Below are positions 49,896 through 61,700 of a stretch of 64,000 nt of DNA, piece after piece; position 1 is the first letter of the stretch, and every line of letters starts with the position of its first letter. The notes below the pieces were generated by a model, which saw only the letters and a list, made by a program, of their open reading frames with translations, had not been told where the DNA came from and searched no databases. Position numbers and translations under genes: made by a program. Source of the stretch: Takakia lepidozioides (Eukaryota; Plantae; Bryophyta); the NCBI GenBank assembly GCA_030704615.1, contig CM060734.1, forward strand, positions 22,320,001 through 22,384,000. Direction: 5' to 3'.

Positions 49896-52117
49896 GTAAC
49901 GCAGTACAACATACCCATTGCTCACCCTCTCCTGCTGCCAAAGCATTATGCTATTCCACCTTACCCCACTGCCCCAAAACATTGCCATTGGCATCCTCTA
50001 TGGCCTCAACTCAATCCCCGGTTCCTTCACTCTATGTACTCAGCCAGTAACCTCCCTTACCCATTCCACCCAATTCACCCCCCCCACACAGGTGAGTGCC
50101 ACGGCCTGTCTCTTCTCACCCCCCCGCCCATTTGCTGCCCCAACCTCAGGTCCCCTTCTTCCTACCATGCTTTCCAGCTTCCCTTCAGCAACTATCTGTC
50201 CAACCCAACACCCACCCAGCTACCCACAAGCCAGCCAGCCCCTCTTCCAAGTCTACTCCCTACCACCCCCCCCCCCCCCCCCCCCCTCTGGGGCTGCCAC
50301 ATTCATGATAGCCACCACCCTAATAGTCTACCCCCCTCTTTACAATCTTGCCACAATGCCCGTACCCCTCTTAGCACATACAATATGATCTCACTCTACA
50401 CTGCATCTCGTTCTAACCCTTACTTCCTGATTGCAGGCTATCCATACAACACTTACCGCACAACACACCCACACTTCCCCCTATGGGGCTCTCTCACACA
50501 ATGGTCCTCTTTATTCCACCCAGTCAGTTACATATGCCCCGCATATGTCCATTCAAATAATTTGCAAAAAGCTCCCACACCCCTACCAATTACGCACATA
50601 TGTTCTGCATATGTACACTTGTCACACCAGATCTGGCACAACAATCTCTCACCACAGAACTCTTGCGGCACCCTGCCCTGTCATCCCACAGAGCCCTCTA
50701 CCCATTCCGAATTCCATCTCTCCAGCAATTACATATCATATGCCTACCCACCACTCACAAAGGGCCCTTGTTGCCTCACCATTTCATCCCTACCCCCTGC
50801 GCCCTCCCATCATCCATGTCACCCCACCCCCCTTGCCCAGATTTGACCCATATGCCATGACAAGCCCTGAAAGTGATTACCTGTTATCTCACCAGCCCAC
50901 TTCCCACAACCCAATCCCGCACCCCCAACCCAAGACCCAATCAATTCTATTCCTACTTAACACCCTGCCACATGCAATACTCAGTATGCCTACACACATG
51001 CCCAAGCCCACACACTATACAGCACATAGGAAACATAACCTACCACCAATTTTCTCCCATCCCACGCTGCTTGACCAAAAGAATTCCCACTATCTAAACA
51101 AATATCACTGGGCCCTGCCCACCTCAACTCCATTTACAGCTCCCTACCCCTGTCTGCACCCAATATTAACCACCAAACAACACCTAATGATGTACCAGAC
51201 TGCAGACTGCCAAAATTGCAACCTCTTAATACACAACTCTTCAAGCTGGATTAATTATCCCCCCTAGTAATCACTACCTCCCACTAACCAAATCAGCGCC
51301 GACTCCCAACCTCAAACCACCACACCCAACCTCACCCACAGTACACAATAAAGAGCTATTTACTGACAAAGGCATGCCACCACCTTGTCATGCGTTTACA
51401 CTTCTTAATACCTCTCCTTACTCCAGCACCTCTCAGCCGCCACCCAGGCACAAAAGGCTAACGGCTCTAATTACTACACCAAGACGACCCTGCCGCCAGG
51501 CTACCTTACACTGCTGCCACACTGCCCCCACATATAGGCTGCAGCCACACCCCAAGCCAGCCACTTCCTCCCCCCCACCACCTTGGCAATTTTGTCTCAA
51601 CCCGCCCTCTTTACTCTCAGCACACTACCCATCTTTTTTTTTTCCACAGCTCCCACCTGTTGGCTTCTCTCTACATATGTCTCTTTCCAAACTTGGTAGT
51701 ACCCGGAAGAGTACAGGCAATATCCAAAAGCACCATCGTCTCCTCTCTACTATAGTCACCCGCAGCAAACGAGCGAGCTCACTCCAGCTTGCGGCACTCC
51801 GCTCCGCGTCCACAGCTAGTCACATGGATAAGGATTATAACATGGACATCCGCCAGGAAGAAGACATGGATGTCAGCGACATGCACCCCTCCAACGAATT
51901 ATTCTTTGCAACAGAGAACGCCTATCAGGCCCGTTCCACACAGAGCCCTCCGAAGGTCAGCACTGAGCAGACTCCAGCAATTCAAGCCATCACCACCCCG
52001 TCGTCTGCAACAACACCCGGGAAATGGCACGTCCCATCTCAAACTACAAACACCTCGCCAGTACAACTCCCAGCTACCACCCCCCACTCCAAGCGGTCAG
52101 GTAGCGAATCCAATAGC

Positions 52118-53074
52118 GAGGCAAGGGGAGGTCACTTCCAAATATTACCACTTGACGTGCAAAAAAATATAGGGTGCCGAAAATTCTGAGAAAATAAAAT
52201 TTAGAATATATTTAGAAATACTATAGGGTACTAATATATTGGCGGCACCACATTTAAATTAAAATAGGGTCCAAAATGAAGACGGATTCTTCAAAAAAAT
52301 TAAAACTAATATAGGGTGGAGATAAATTAAAGGGACACGTGTCGATCAGTGACACGCAACGGAGAGGGCGTAGGCGCATGTGCACAACAACCCTAGGCTT
52401 CCCTCTCTTCTGTCGGCTGCAATTCGTGGTGACATTGTGCTAGACAGACACAGAGAAAGGGTTGTGCGCTCAGTGGTGCAAAGCATTGTGGCCCACAGGT
52501 TTTGAAGCTTGCAGGGCGTGACAATGGAGAAGTGTAGAAAGGATGGCAACACAAGCATGGCGGCCCATAGGTTTTGAGGGACATGGTGGATAGACAGAAT
52601 ACAAAAAATGAGAAGAAAGGTAGGGAGCAGGTGGGAGGTCTCTCGACAACCAGTTGATCTCCTTAACAAGCCAGCCACAACAATCATGGTGCTTCTCAAC
52701 TACTTCTCAAAATCTAGAGGGCATCTGAAATTCAAATATGATGTAACTGACAGCAAGTGTATAGACATAAATTCGATTATTAGTTCAGTTACTATGAGAT
52801 TTGATTTTGCTCAGAACCTTTATACTTTAAATGATGCTGATGCATCTACTTTGGATAAATTTGTTTCCAGCAAATAAAAAATTCATTACCCCGTTATTTT
52901 TTTTAAAAAAAAATCTAGGTTAATATAGGGTGTCCAATATTTGTTACCTGCTATAAAATATAAATAATATAGCCTACAAGAAAATATGTCATATTACAAA
53001 ATTATGTAATAATAGGGTGGCCAAAAATTCAGAAAATAAAATTAATACCCCCATAGAAAATGCCTATTTGCCTC
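52118..53074. mobile_element. AT-rich DNA-transposon-like fragment with repeated ATAGGGT motifs and a short ORF remnant (52608-52877)
   Basis: Abrupt composition change; about six ATAGGGT motifs; only a 7-bp inverted end (GAGGCAA) and no TSD. Confidence 0.35.
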
Positions 53075-53088
53075 ACGTGCCTAGGAAA

Positions 53089-55990
53089 CTAGATAGAGAG
53101 TGACCTCCCGAGTAGCGAGGTTGGCAGTAGCCCAACTGACTCCAAAAAATCCAAAATCCAAAGGCACTGGCATACCAAGCCCCTCAACACATCGTGGCTC
53201 CTTATTTCTCTCCAACATACAACAATACTGGATGGGCTACCCCACACTCGAGTAGCATGCGAGGGACTCGGCGTTGCCCTTGGTTGCTGAGGACTGCTCC
53301 TCCGCTCCTCGTTTGAACTCCAATGCATTGGCCTCTGCAACTCGGAAATTCACGAAATGCGCCACTGCCCCAAGGCTTACCCGCACGTCCCCCAACTACA
53401 CTACCCTTCAGTGAGGCACGATGGATGAGAAGGCCAGGTTCTCTCCCTCACGCAGCTCCCCAAAGGCACCCAAGCCATACTGCATAACAGCGGGCGGAAT
53501 GTGGGGCAAGGGAGCGGTGGGAATTTTTTGCACGAAATCCCCGGTTGAAGGCGACGGCGATCTGGAATTTCTTGGGCTTCCACTGCTGGAAGACACATTG
53601 TGCGGCAACATGACGGGACCTCGAGGTGCTGTCCGAATGTTCCTGTCGGATCTCCAGGAATCCTCTTCGCACCCGGGTTCCTCTTCAATCCTCCGTCTGA
53701 CAGGGCGAGTCCGGACGTCCCCCTCTAGGTGTTCACCTCTGCGGTGTAGAGGCGTCCCTTTGATCTTCTCTCGCAATGCTGTCGCCCATTTCAGTGGATT
53801 CTTGGACCTCGAAGCTGTTCGTACCAACAATTCCTCCCTGTCCGGCCCAAAGCCCCATTGTTTGCCGCTCAGGAACTTGTAGTACGTGGCTTGCTGCATG
53901 ATTGCTCTGTCGATGTCCTCCGTTGTGGCCGTCACTACGTCCACCAGATGTGCGGCAGAAGACGCTCGCCAGGAGGAGTGGACCGATTCTGCCATATTCG
54001 TGTTCGGCATGTCCGTGTCGGAATCCAAGCACCGCTCCTAGAAGGACACAAACAATGGTGAGGGACCAATCGAAATGTCCGTAACATAAAGACAAATGAA
54101 CGAAATTGACAGCAGCCTACCTCCCGCATGTACTGTCCGAACTGTCGATACCGAAAATGCCACCACCCCAACCAGCTGTGCAATGCTCCCAGATTGGTTG
54201 TCTCCACTGCACCTGACGTGTTCCACCAAGCCTCGATGATAGCAAACTTAACCTCCGCGTCATCAAATGTGGGTGCATCCTTCCACGCCGTACAAAGGAC
54301 ACGGTGTTCAGCCTGGAATGAGCTAGCAACAAATTTGGTAGTGTAGTGGGATAGACTCTGCATCCAATGGAATCCACAGGATCTCTCTTTCCCCTCCATT
54401 GGAACATTGGGGTCCTCACCGTACACACGCCGCACCGCTGCCCAGTTGGCCTGAGCGTTGTCTGCCATGAATCCCCTGAAATTGGGCTCTGGCAATCCCG
54501 CCCTTGCCATCTGCTGGTTTATGCCCTCCCACAGATGCATTTCGGACTGTGTGTCCTCCCCTTTCATCTCGCAGATTGCAATCGTCATAAGCCTCTTGGA
54601 GTGATAGTCATAAACATGCGCACCCATAGTCACCCACTGATGGTTTGTAATTCGCTTGATGTGATCAAACATCACCCAAGCATTCGACAAGTTTCCAGTT
54701 GTCATGCGAGTGACCAAGTCGACTCCACTCCCAGGCCCAAATGTAACAACGATCGGATTCGCTGCCTTGCCCTGGAAACCTGCTACCTTGGATGTAGTCA
54801 TATCCAGTCATTCGTTTCACCTCCAGGATTGAGTACATGTCCGACCCCCTGCCGAACTCCTGCTTGCAAGATACGATGTGATTCCGCACATTCGGACTAC
54901 AAACGTGCGAGACGGACTCCAAGAGGTCACGCATCTCGTCTTCGGTCAAGGGCTCTCGGTCGGAACCATCTTCAGACATGATTTTGCCAAGAGCAATCTT
55001 GTGGGCTGCCTTCAGCTGAATCTGCTTTGGTCTGGCTCCGGGGCTCAATTTCACCTCCTCTTTTATGATGTCGTGTGCTTCCTGCACAGCCTCACGCATG
55101 TTGCCTCTCGCCAAGGGGTGGCAGTGGACCCCAACGTGTATGCAAGCTCTAGTCAAGTCCGGGAGCAAATGGATTACGTAATATTGCTTGGCTCTGCACA
55201 TGGACATGCACGTCGGTGGTTCTTTGCAATGTGCACACTTGAAAGAACCCGCAGGAGCTTGGCTGGAGACAATGAATGGATGATGCGTTGTGCCAGTCCA
55301 ATCCGTCTCGTTTCTCCACCCTCCTTTGGAGAGAAAGTGGAAGCAGGTGGGATTGAGGCACCTCAGCTTCCCCGCACAGAGGACATATCGTACACGAACA
55401 CCATCAGCAATTTTCGTGCTACTGGTCTTCGTCACACACCAGGGATGTCCGTCATGCTTTCGATCCATGTCTGTTAACATCCCGGAGGCTTTCTTTGACG
55501 AAGAAACAGGTGGAAACTCGAAGATGACATTGCCATCGACTTCGGGAGGCAGAAAAGTTACCTTTCTGACTGGAAATTTGGCATAGTCGAGAGCAGCCAG
55601 CTTGGAGCGAGAACCATCGAGGTGATGTTGTCATAGGAGCTGCACAATGGACCGGGTTGGAGTTATGCTCGAGGCCACATTCGTAGCACCGACAGAGACG
55701 TCCATGCCGGATTTGAACGACCGTGTGGAGGACATGGGTACCTCAATGCAATCATCTTCCTCGTCGGAAATGTCGAATACGTCCACACGAGAAGCTATGG
55801 AGGGTCTTGACGGTCCAGGTCGGGAATGATTATCGTTGCATACCTCTCTGTTGGCAGTGGCCGCCTCTTCGGTTTCCGGACTCCTTTGTGGATGGTGTGG
55901 GCAGCGACTGATTCGGAAAGGGAATGGGCATTCCCACAGCTCGGTACAGGATGGTGTCTGACGGGGGAACGTGCCATTCGATTCCGCAAC
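53089..55990 (-). pseudogene. Mutator-like DDE transposase, subfamily B, with GCM/WRKY-like zinc domain
   Basis: HDGHPWC..CAGKLRC..C..CAHC..C..C..HVGVHCH; VMFDH (D), FMADN (D), SCGFH (CxxH), NMAESVH (E); intron ~54038-54120; in-frame TGA near 55631 and frameshift near 54745. Confidence 0.9.
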
Positions 55991-56623
55991 CTCCGTCGTT
56001 ACCTAGCACGACAATGGTCTCGTCAACCTGTCCAGGAACATCCTTCCTTTCTTCTTCCAAATAAACTGTGCCCGGTTTGAGCTTGAATTTGGAACAAAGG
56101 TAAGTTTCAGTCACTCTGCAAAGTCCTCCCTCGTTTGGGATCCAGGCTCTCCCAAGTTGCGGAGGACAGCAAACTATAGCGTAGGAATTCGGAGCCATCG
56201 AACACCGCACGGAGTTGGCAAGTGTGAGGTTCAGTATAGCGACAGACCAAGGCTCACAGGCACCATCTAAGTGGATCTGCGGAGTCCATCGACGATTGGA
56301 AGTCGCACATTGAAGTGGAAAGTATTGTTTCAAGCTACATGCATGAAGTGGGAGGTTTGATTCCATAGCCAGTAAGTATGACAATGATGGCCGATTCGGC
56401 GACGAAATAACATCTCCTGACAGTTTCTCCTGAGGGTGGATCCAGTAGTATTCTCGGTGCAGACAGGAACGTTCGCACTGACAAGTGCCAGTACTGTTAG
56501 TTAAAACGGTCAGACAACCAAGTTGTGCTCATCAAGACTGGCCGCAATTGTGTTGTTTCGGAACAATGCAACCCATTGAGTTCCAGATTTCCCGTCCCGA
56601 GTGATTCTTTCGATTGCTGGTGG

Positions 56624-58420
56624 ACGGAAATACGGCGCCGCATTTCCGTATTGCATCTTGGTCATGCACCAAAGCGACGGAAATGCGGCACCGAGTTTCC
56701 GTCCGGGGGAAACCTTTATACTCTCCAGAACGGAAATGCGGTAACGCATTTCCATCCAGCAAGCACGGTATGTGAAGGTGGAACGGAAATGCGGTACCGC
56801 ATTTCCGTTCTGATTGAGATTTATGAACAACGGGAACAGAAATGCGGCACCGCATTTCCGTCCGAGTCGCACTTTTCCGACATTCCAGAACGGAAATGCG
56901 GCGCCGCATTTCCATTTTGTATCTGATGCATGGAGCTGAGGGATAGAAATGCTGCAGCACATTTCCGTCCTTAAAAGACATTCATACTCTCCATAACGGA
57001 AATGCGGTACCGCATTTCCATCCACCAAGCACGGTATGTGAAGGTGGAACGGAAATGCGGTACCGCATTTCCGTTCTGATTGAGAATTATGAACAACGGG
57101 AACATAAATGCGGCACCGCATTTCTGTCCGAGTCGCACTTTCCGACATTCCAGAACGGAAATGCGGCGCCGCATTTCCATTTTGTATCTGATGCATGGAG
57201 CCGAGTGCGATTCCGACAGCTTCATACAGCGCAATTCCGACCGCTTGAGACATTCATACTATCCAGAACGGAAATGCGGTACCGCATTTCCGTTCTGACT
57301 GAAAATCGTGAACCATCTGAACTGAAATGCGGCAGCGTATTTCCATCCGAGTCGCACCTACCAACATTCCAGAACGGAAATGCGGTACCGCATTTCCGTT
57401 CTGACTGAAAATCGTGAACCATCGGAACTGAAATGCGGCAACGCATTTCCATCCGAGTCGCACCTCCCAACATTCCAGAACGGAATGTATTAGATTCAAA
57501 AGGAAAATGCGGCACCGCATTTCCGTTCTGATGAAATATCCTGAAACATCGGAACTGAAATGCGGTACCGCATTTCCGTCGGAGTCGCACCTTCCGACAT
57601 TCCAAAACGGAAATGCGGCGCCGCATTTCCGTTTTGTATGTGAGGCATGGAGCTGTGGAACGAAAATGCGGCACAGCATTTCCGCCAGCGTCAGACGTTA
57701 TACTCTACAGAACGGAAATGCGGTACCGCATTTCCGTTCTGACTGAAAATCGTGCGCAACGGGAACAGAAATGCGGCACCGCATTTCCGTCCGAGTCGCA
57801 CCTTCCGACATTCTAGAACGGAAATGCGGCGCCGCATTTCCGTTTTCTATATGGGGCCTGGAGCTGTGCTACGGAAATGTGTTGCCGCATTTCCATCCAT
57901 GTGAGACCTTCAAACTTTCGAGACCGGAAATGCGGCACCGCATTTCTGTCCAGGTGAGACCTCTATACTTTCCCGAACGGAAATGTGGCACGGCATTTCC
58001 ATTCATCAACTAACGTATGTGAAGGGGGAACGGAAATGCGGTACCGCATTTCCGTTCACATTGAAAATCATGAACCACGGGAACTGAAATGTTGTGCCTC
58101 ATTCCCGTCCGAATCGCACCTTTCGACATTCCAGAACGGAAATGCGGCGCCGCATTTCCCTTTTGATCTCATACATGGAGCTGTGGGACGGAAATGCGGC
58201 ACCGTATTTCCGTTCATCAACTAAGGTATGTCAAGGTGGAACGGAAATGCGACACCGTATTTCCGTTCAACAACTAAGGTATGTCAAGGTGGAACGGAAA
58301 TGCGGTGCCGCATTTTCTTCCAACAAGTACGGATGTGTAGCTTCGTGATGGTACTTAACGGAAATGCGGCGCCGCATTCGCATTTTCGCTCCAACTCATC
58401 AGACGCTGGGACGGAAATGC
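56624..58420. repeat. Palindrome array B: ~30 copies of CGGAAATGCGG-NN-CCGCATTTCCG at ~53-bp period, with ~266-bp higher-order repeat
   Basis: Cores at about 56625, 56679, 56731, 56784, 56838, 56891, 56997, 57049 ... 58242, 58295 and 58359. Confidence 0.95.
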
Positions 58421-58730
58421 CTTGAAATGTGAACACGTGGAGCAACGGAATTGCTGCACATGTCGGCACTCTATCTGACTGAAGGGGCATGAGGCGGCGC
58501 GGCCTGACCGTTGGATAATGATGTTTGTTTTTCGGACGGCAGGCGTACCCTGAACGATTCGAATTTCGTAATGACGCAAACTCCACGAGGAGACACTTTC
58601 GTCCAACCCTTTCGAACCCAAGTGGTGCATCACCGCCGTTTCATCTACTTTTGTCGTGTCTCCTCAGTCACCCCTCTCGCGCCCTTTCCATCTGCACTCT
58701 TTGCCCCTTTTCCCTCTCTCTGTTCTTCTT

Positions 58731-61700
58731 ATGCTCGAACCTGAGAGGGGGGGAGTTCGTGCACCAGACAGGAGACCTCGTCGCAAGCTCCGAAAATTAT
58801 ACTTCGGACGTAGGCCAATGCCGAAGGGGAGGAAGCAGATGCGTCTACAGGAGGAGATTGCCATCTCCGAGCAGCAGGCCACTCAGGCAACCCAGCCACC
58901 AGTGAGAGCTCCATGCGATCGGGCTGCGCGCAGCTGATCGAGCACCGAACCCCCCATTTTGCTTCTGTAATTCTTAGACTGAATGCTAGGAGACTTGAAT
59001 GCAGAACATGTTTGCATGCCTAACAGGAAAGGTGGACGTGCTGGAGGGATCGCAGGAATCCGAAGAGCCGCAGGAAGAGTCCGAGGAGCTAGCTGCAGCA
59101 CGTACACCCACCCGATCCCCGAGCGCGGGTATTCCTGCCGGGCCTAGCCCTGTGCGATTCAAAGACGCGTCTTCGAAGGGCAAGTTCAAAGCCCCAGAGA
59201 TCGACTCGCGTTCTTCGGTCATGGAGAATCGCCAGCAGGGGTCGGGCCCTTCTCCAGCAAAGTCGAAGAAGAAGCAGCCCGTCCCTCTACTGGCTTCTGA
59301 ACCGGCTCAGGCCGATTCACCCCCCCCAACGCGAATGAAGCAGCAGGGTAGAAGACAGATTCAATTGCAGCAGACACCTTCACCTGCAAGGATGAGGAAG
59401 CAGAAGGCAATCAGGGCGACGGGCGAACAATCTCCCGCAAAACCGCTTCCACGAGCTGAAGCTCAGTTCCTGGAGGATTTCCCGCCTGCAGATGTTGGGG
59501 CCGACTCTGCTGCAGCGAAGGCAATGGGATCGACCGTTGATCTCGATTTGGTACCGGAGGAGGGTGCTGCCGCTCAACGTTCGCAGCAAGACCTCACCAC
59601 CGATGAGCAAGCAGGCCCGGAGGAGGCCTCTGCAATGGCAGAATTGCCCGCAGACAGGCCCCAGAGTGCAGCTCCAGTTGAGGATGCTCCAGCTGCTCAG
59701 CCACTACCGGCACCTACAGACATGTCTCCGGAGGATTTCAAAAGTGCAGCGGATAAAATGTTGGAGGAGACACACAGTAGCATTGGCAGAGTTCTGGGCA
59801 GCAGGGTATTCCAGCGGACTCTTCGAATCCCACTCTGTCGCATGGTCTCCCTTCCCATCGTCAGGCAGGCCCTTCCCGGAGATGTGGATAAGCTCAAGTT
59901 CGCATTTCGAGAAGGGTACCGTCTGGGATCGGCAGCGTTTTACGTTTCCATTGAGAATGAGGACGGCGAAACTCGTGGACCCACTGCCGATGAATTGTCA
60001 ACGTGGGATACCCACTGGCACACTCGCAACGACAAATTCGAGGCGACGCTGAAGGGTGATCCAGACTTCGGCCATATGTCGGGTAAAATGTTCTTTGTGT
60101 GGGACGGGAATCACCGACTTCTCGCCTGGTGGGAGTACATCAAGCAGAACCATGCCAAGCACATTGGCTGGCATTACATGGTGGAGTGTGTCATCCTGAA
60201 GGTGAAGGCGGCAGACTCCTCCCTGCTCAAGAATGCCATGGCGGACCTCAACTCGTAAGATACTCATACCCTCCCTAGCACGTTCGAAATGCGGTGCCGC
60301 ATTTCGGTTTCCATTCTGGTTTGTTTCCGTGCTTCCGTGTACTGAACTGGAGAGTGTGCCTTGCAGGGTCACTGAGAATGCGTACGTGCATACCCACATG
60401 GCACATATGCTGTACAGGGTGAGGAAAACTGGTCTCACTGATCCGCAGATGTTTGCGGAAATGCTGGAGCCCGAGCTCATTCAGAAAGCCGTTGCAAAAA
60501 CAGACCGGACATGGTATCGTCTCACTATGGATGGAATGGTGGAGGTGATATACGAAGTAAGTCGTCCTCCAATTTCCCTCTGCTCATCCTTCCCCAATTT
60601 TCAGTAATGTTTCCACATGAATCGAATGTAACGCTTCTGCATGTTTTTGTTGGCAGTCAAACATCAAGCTGGATTTGGCCCATGCCAAACGCTTCTTCAT
60701 GGAAAGTGAGGGGCAGGTCAAAACGTTGCAGTCATTGACTGAGCACTTGAAGGAAGCCGGTGTCAAGTCCAGAACCAAATACAAGTCAAAGCTTGTGAAG
60801 CTGGTGGCAATTGCAGATCCGGCACTTGGAAAGGACTTCATCCCCGAGATTGCAAAACACTATTCTCGGGCCATGCAGCCGACCATGCAATTGGAGAAAC
60901 TGCATCACCTCTCAACGGCATGTGTGGAGGCGAAAGAGAAGGTGAGGTTTCAATGCACTGAAGTTCCTTCCTAGCAATAGCCACTCTCTTCCAGCTCCTG
61001 ACATTGGATCGGAAATGGCAGACACGGTGGCTGTCGATCTGGAATGCATCCGAGAGCATAAGGACAATGTGGTCTTTTCCACTGGAAGTTTCCGACCCTG
61101 CAGTGGATGTGTGGCTCAACCGTATGACTTGGTGGTTCCAGGTAATTCAAGGTACTTCCCCAGATTTGCTTTTCTGACATGAATTCCCTGAACTGCTACG
61201 TGACAATGCATTTGGGAATCGCAGGTAATGTCGAATGCGAAGGAGCAAGTCGTAATGCACACAAATTCGTTCGGCTTGTACGTCAAATGGGATGGAACAC
61301 AGACATTGGAAGACTACGTGACACGTTTCAGATGTGCGTACAAGGACAACCTTTTCGCCAGAGAGCTACAGACAGCAAGAAGGAGCGTGGAGTTTACACA
61401 TCAGGAGGGAGCGGGGAAAGCTGCAATGCGAATTGTTTACAGGTGAAGCACAGCTGCCCTTGTATGCGAAGCCTGGTTACGAGGTTTGTCTCGGAAATGC
61501 GGCACCGCATTCGCATTTTATGTTTTCGGTGGCACTCTGCGAGTAGGTTGGTCTCAACTTTTGCTCACGCATGCTGACTGCCTTGCAGGTATATGAAATA
61601 CGTGCTCCTTCAGACAGGGGCCCTGGCTCAAGAGCCCCCGTTCTTCATGGCTTGGACCGTGGCGGGCCCAAGCTGTGTCTACACACCCGAGATGCAGAAA

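Noticed and set aside
49895-51400. Pro/His-rich extension of the 498-aa ORF and similar ORFs at 34415-36537 and 38226-39808
   Set aside because: Compositional artefact of C-rich DNA; homology to the transposase stops near 49895.
56624-58420. CRISPR array (24-bp palindromic repeat plus ~29-bp spacers)
   Set aside because: Spacers recur in a higher-order pattern, repeats are degenerate, there are no cas genes, and the context is eukaryotic and intron-containing.
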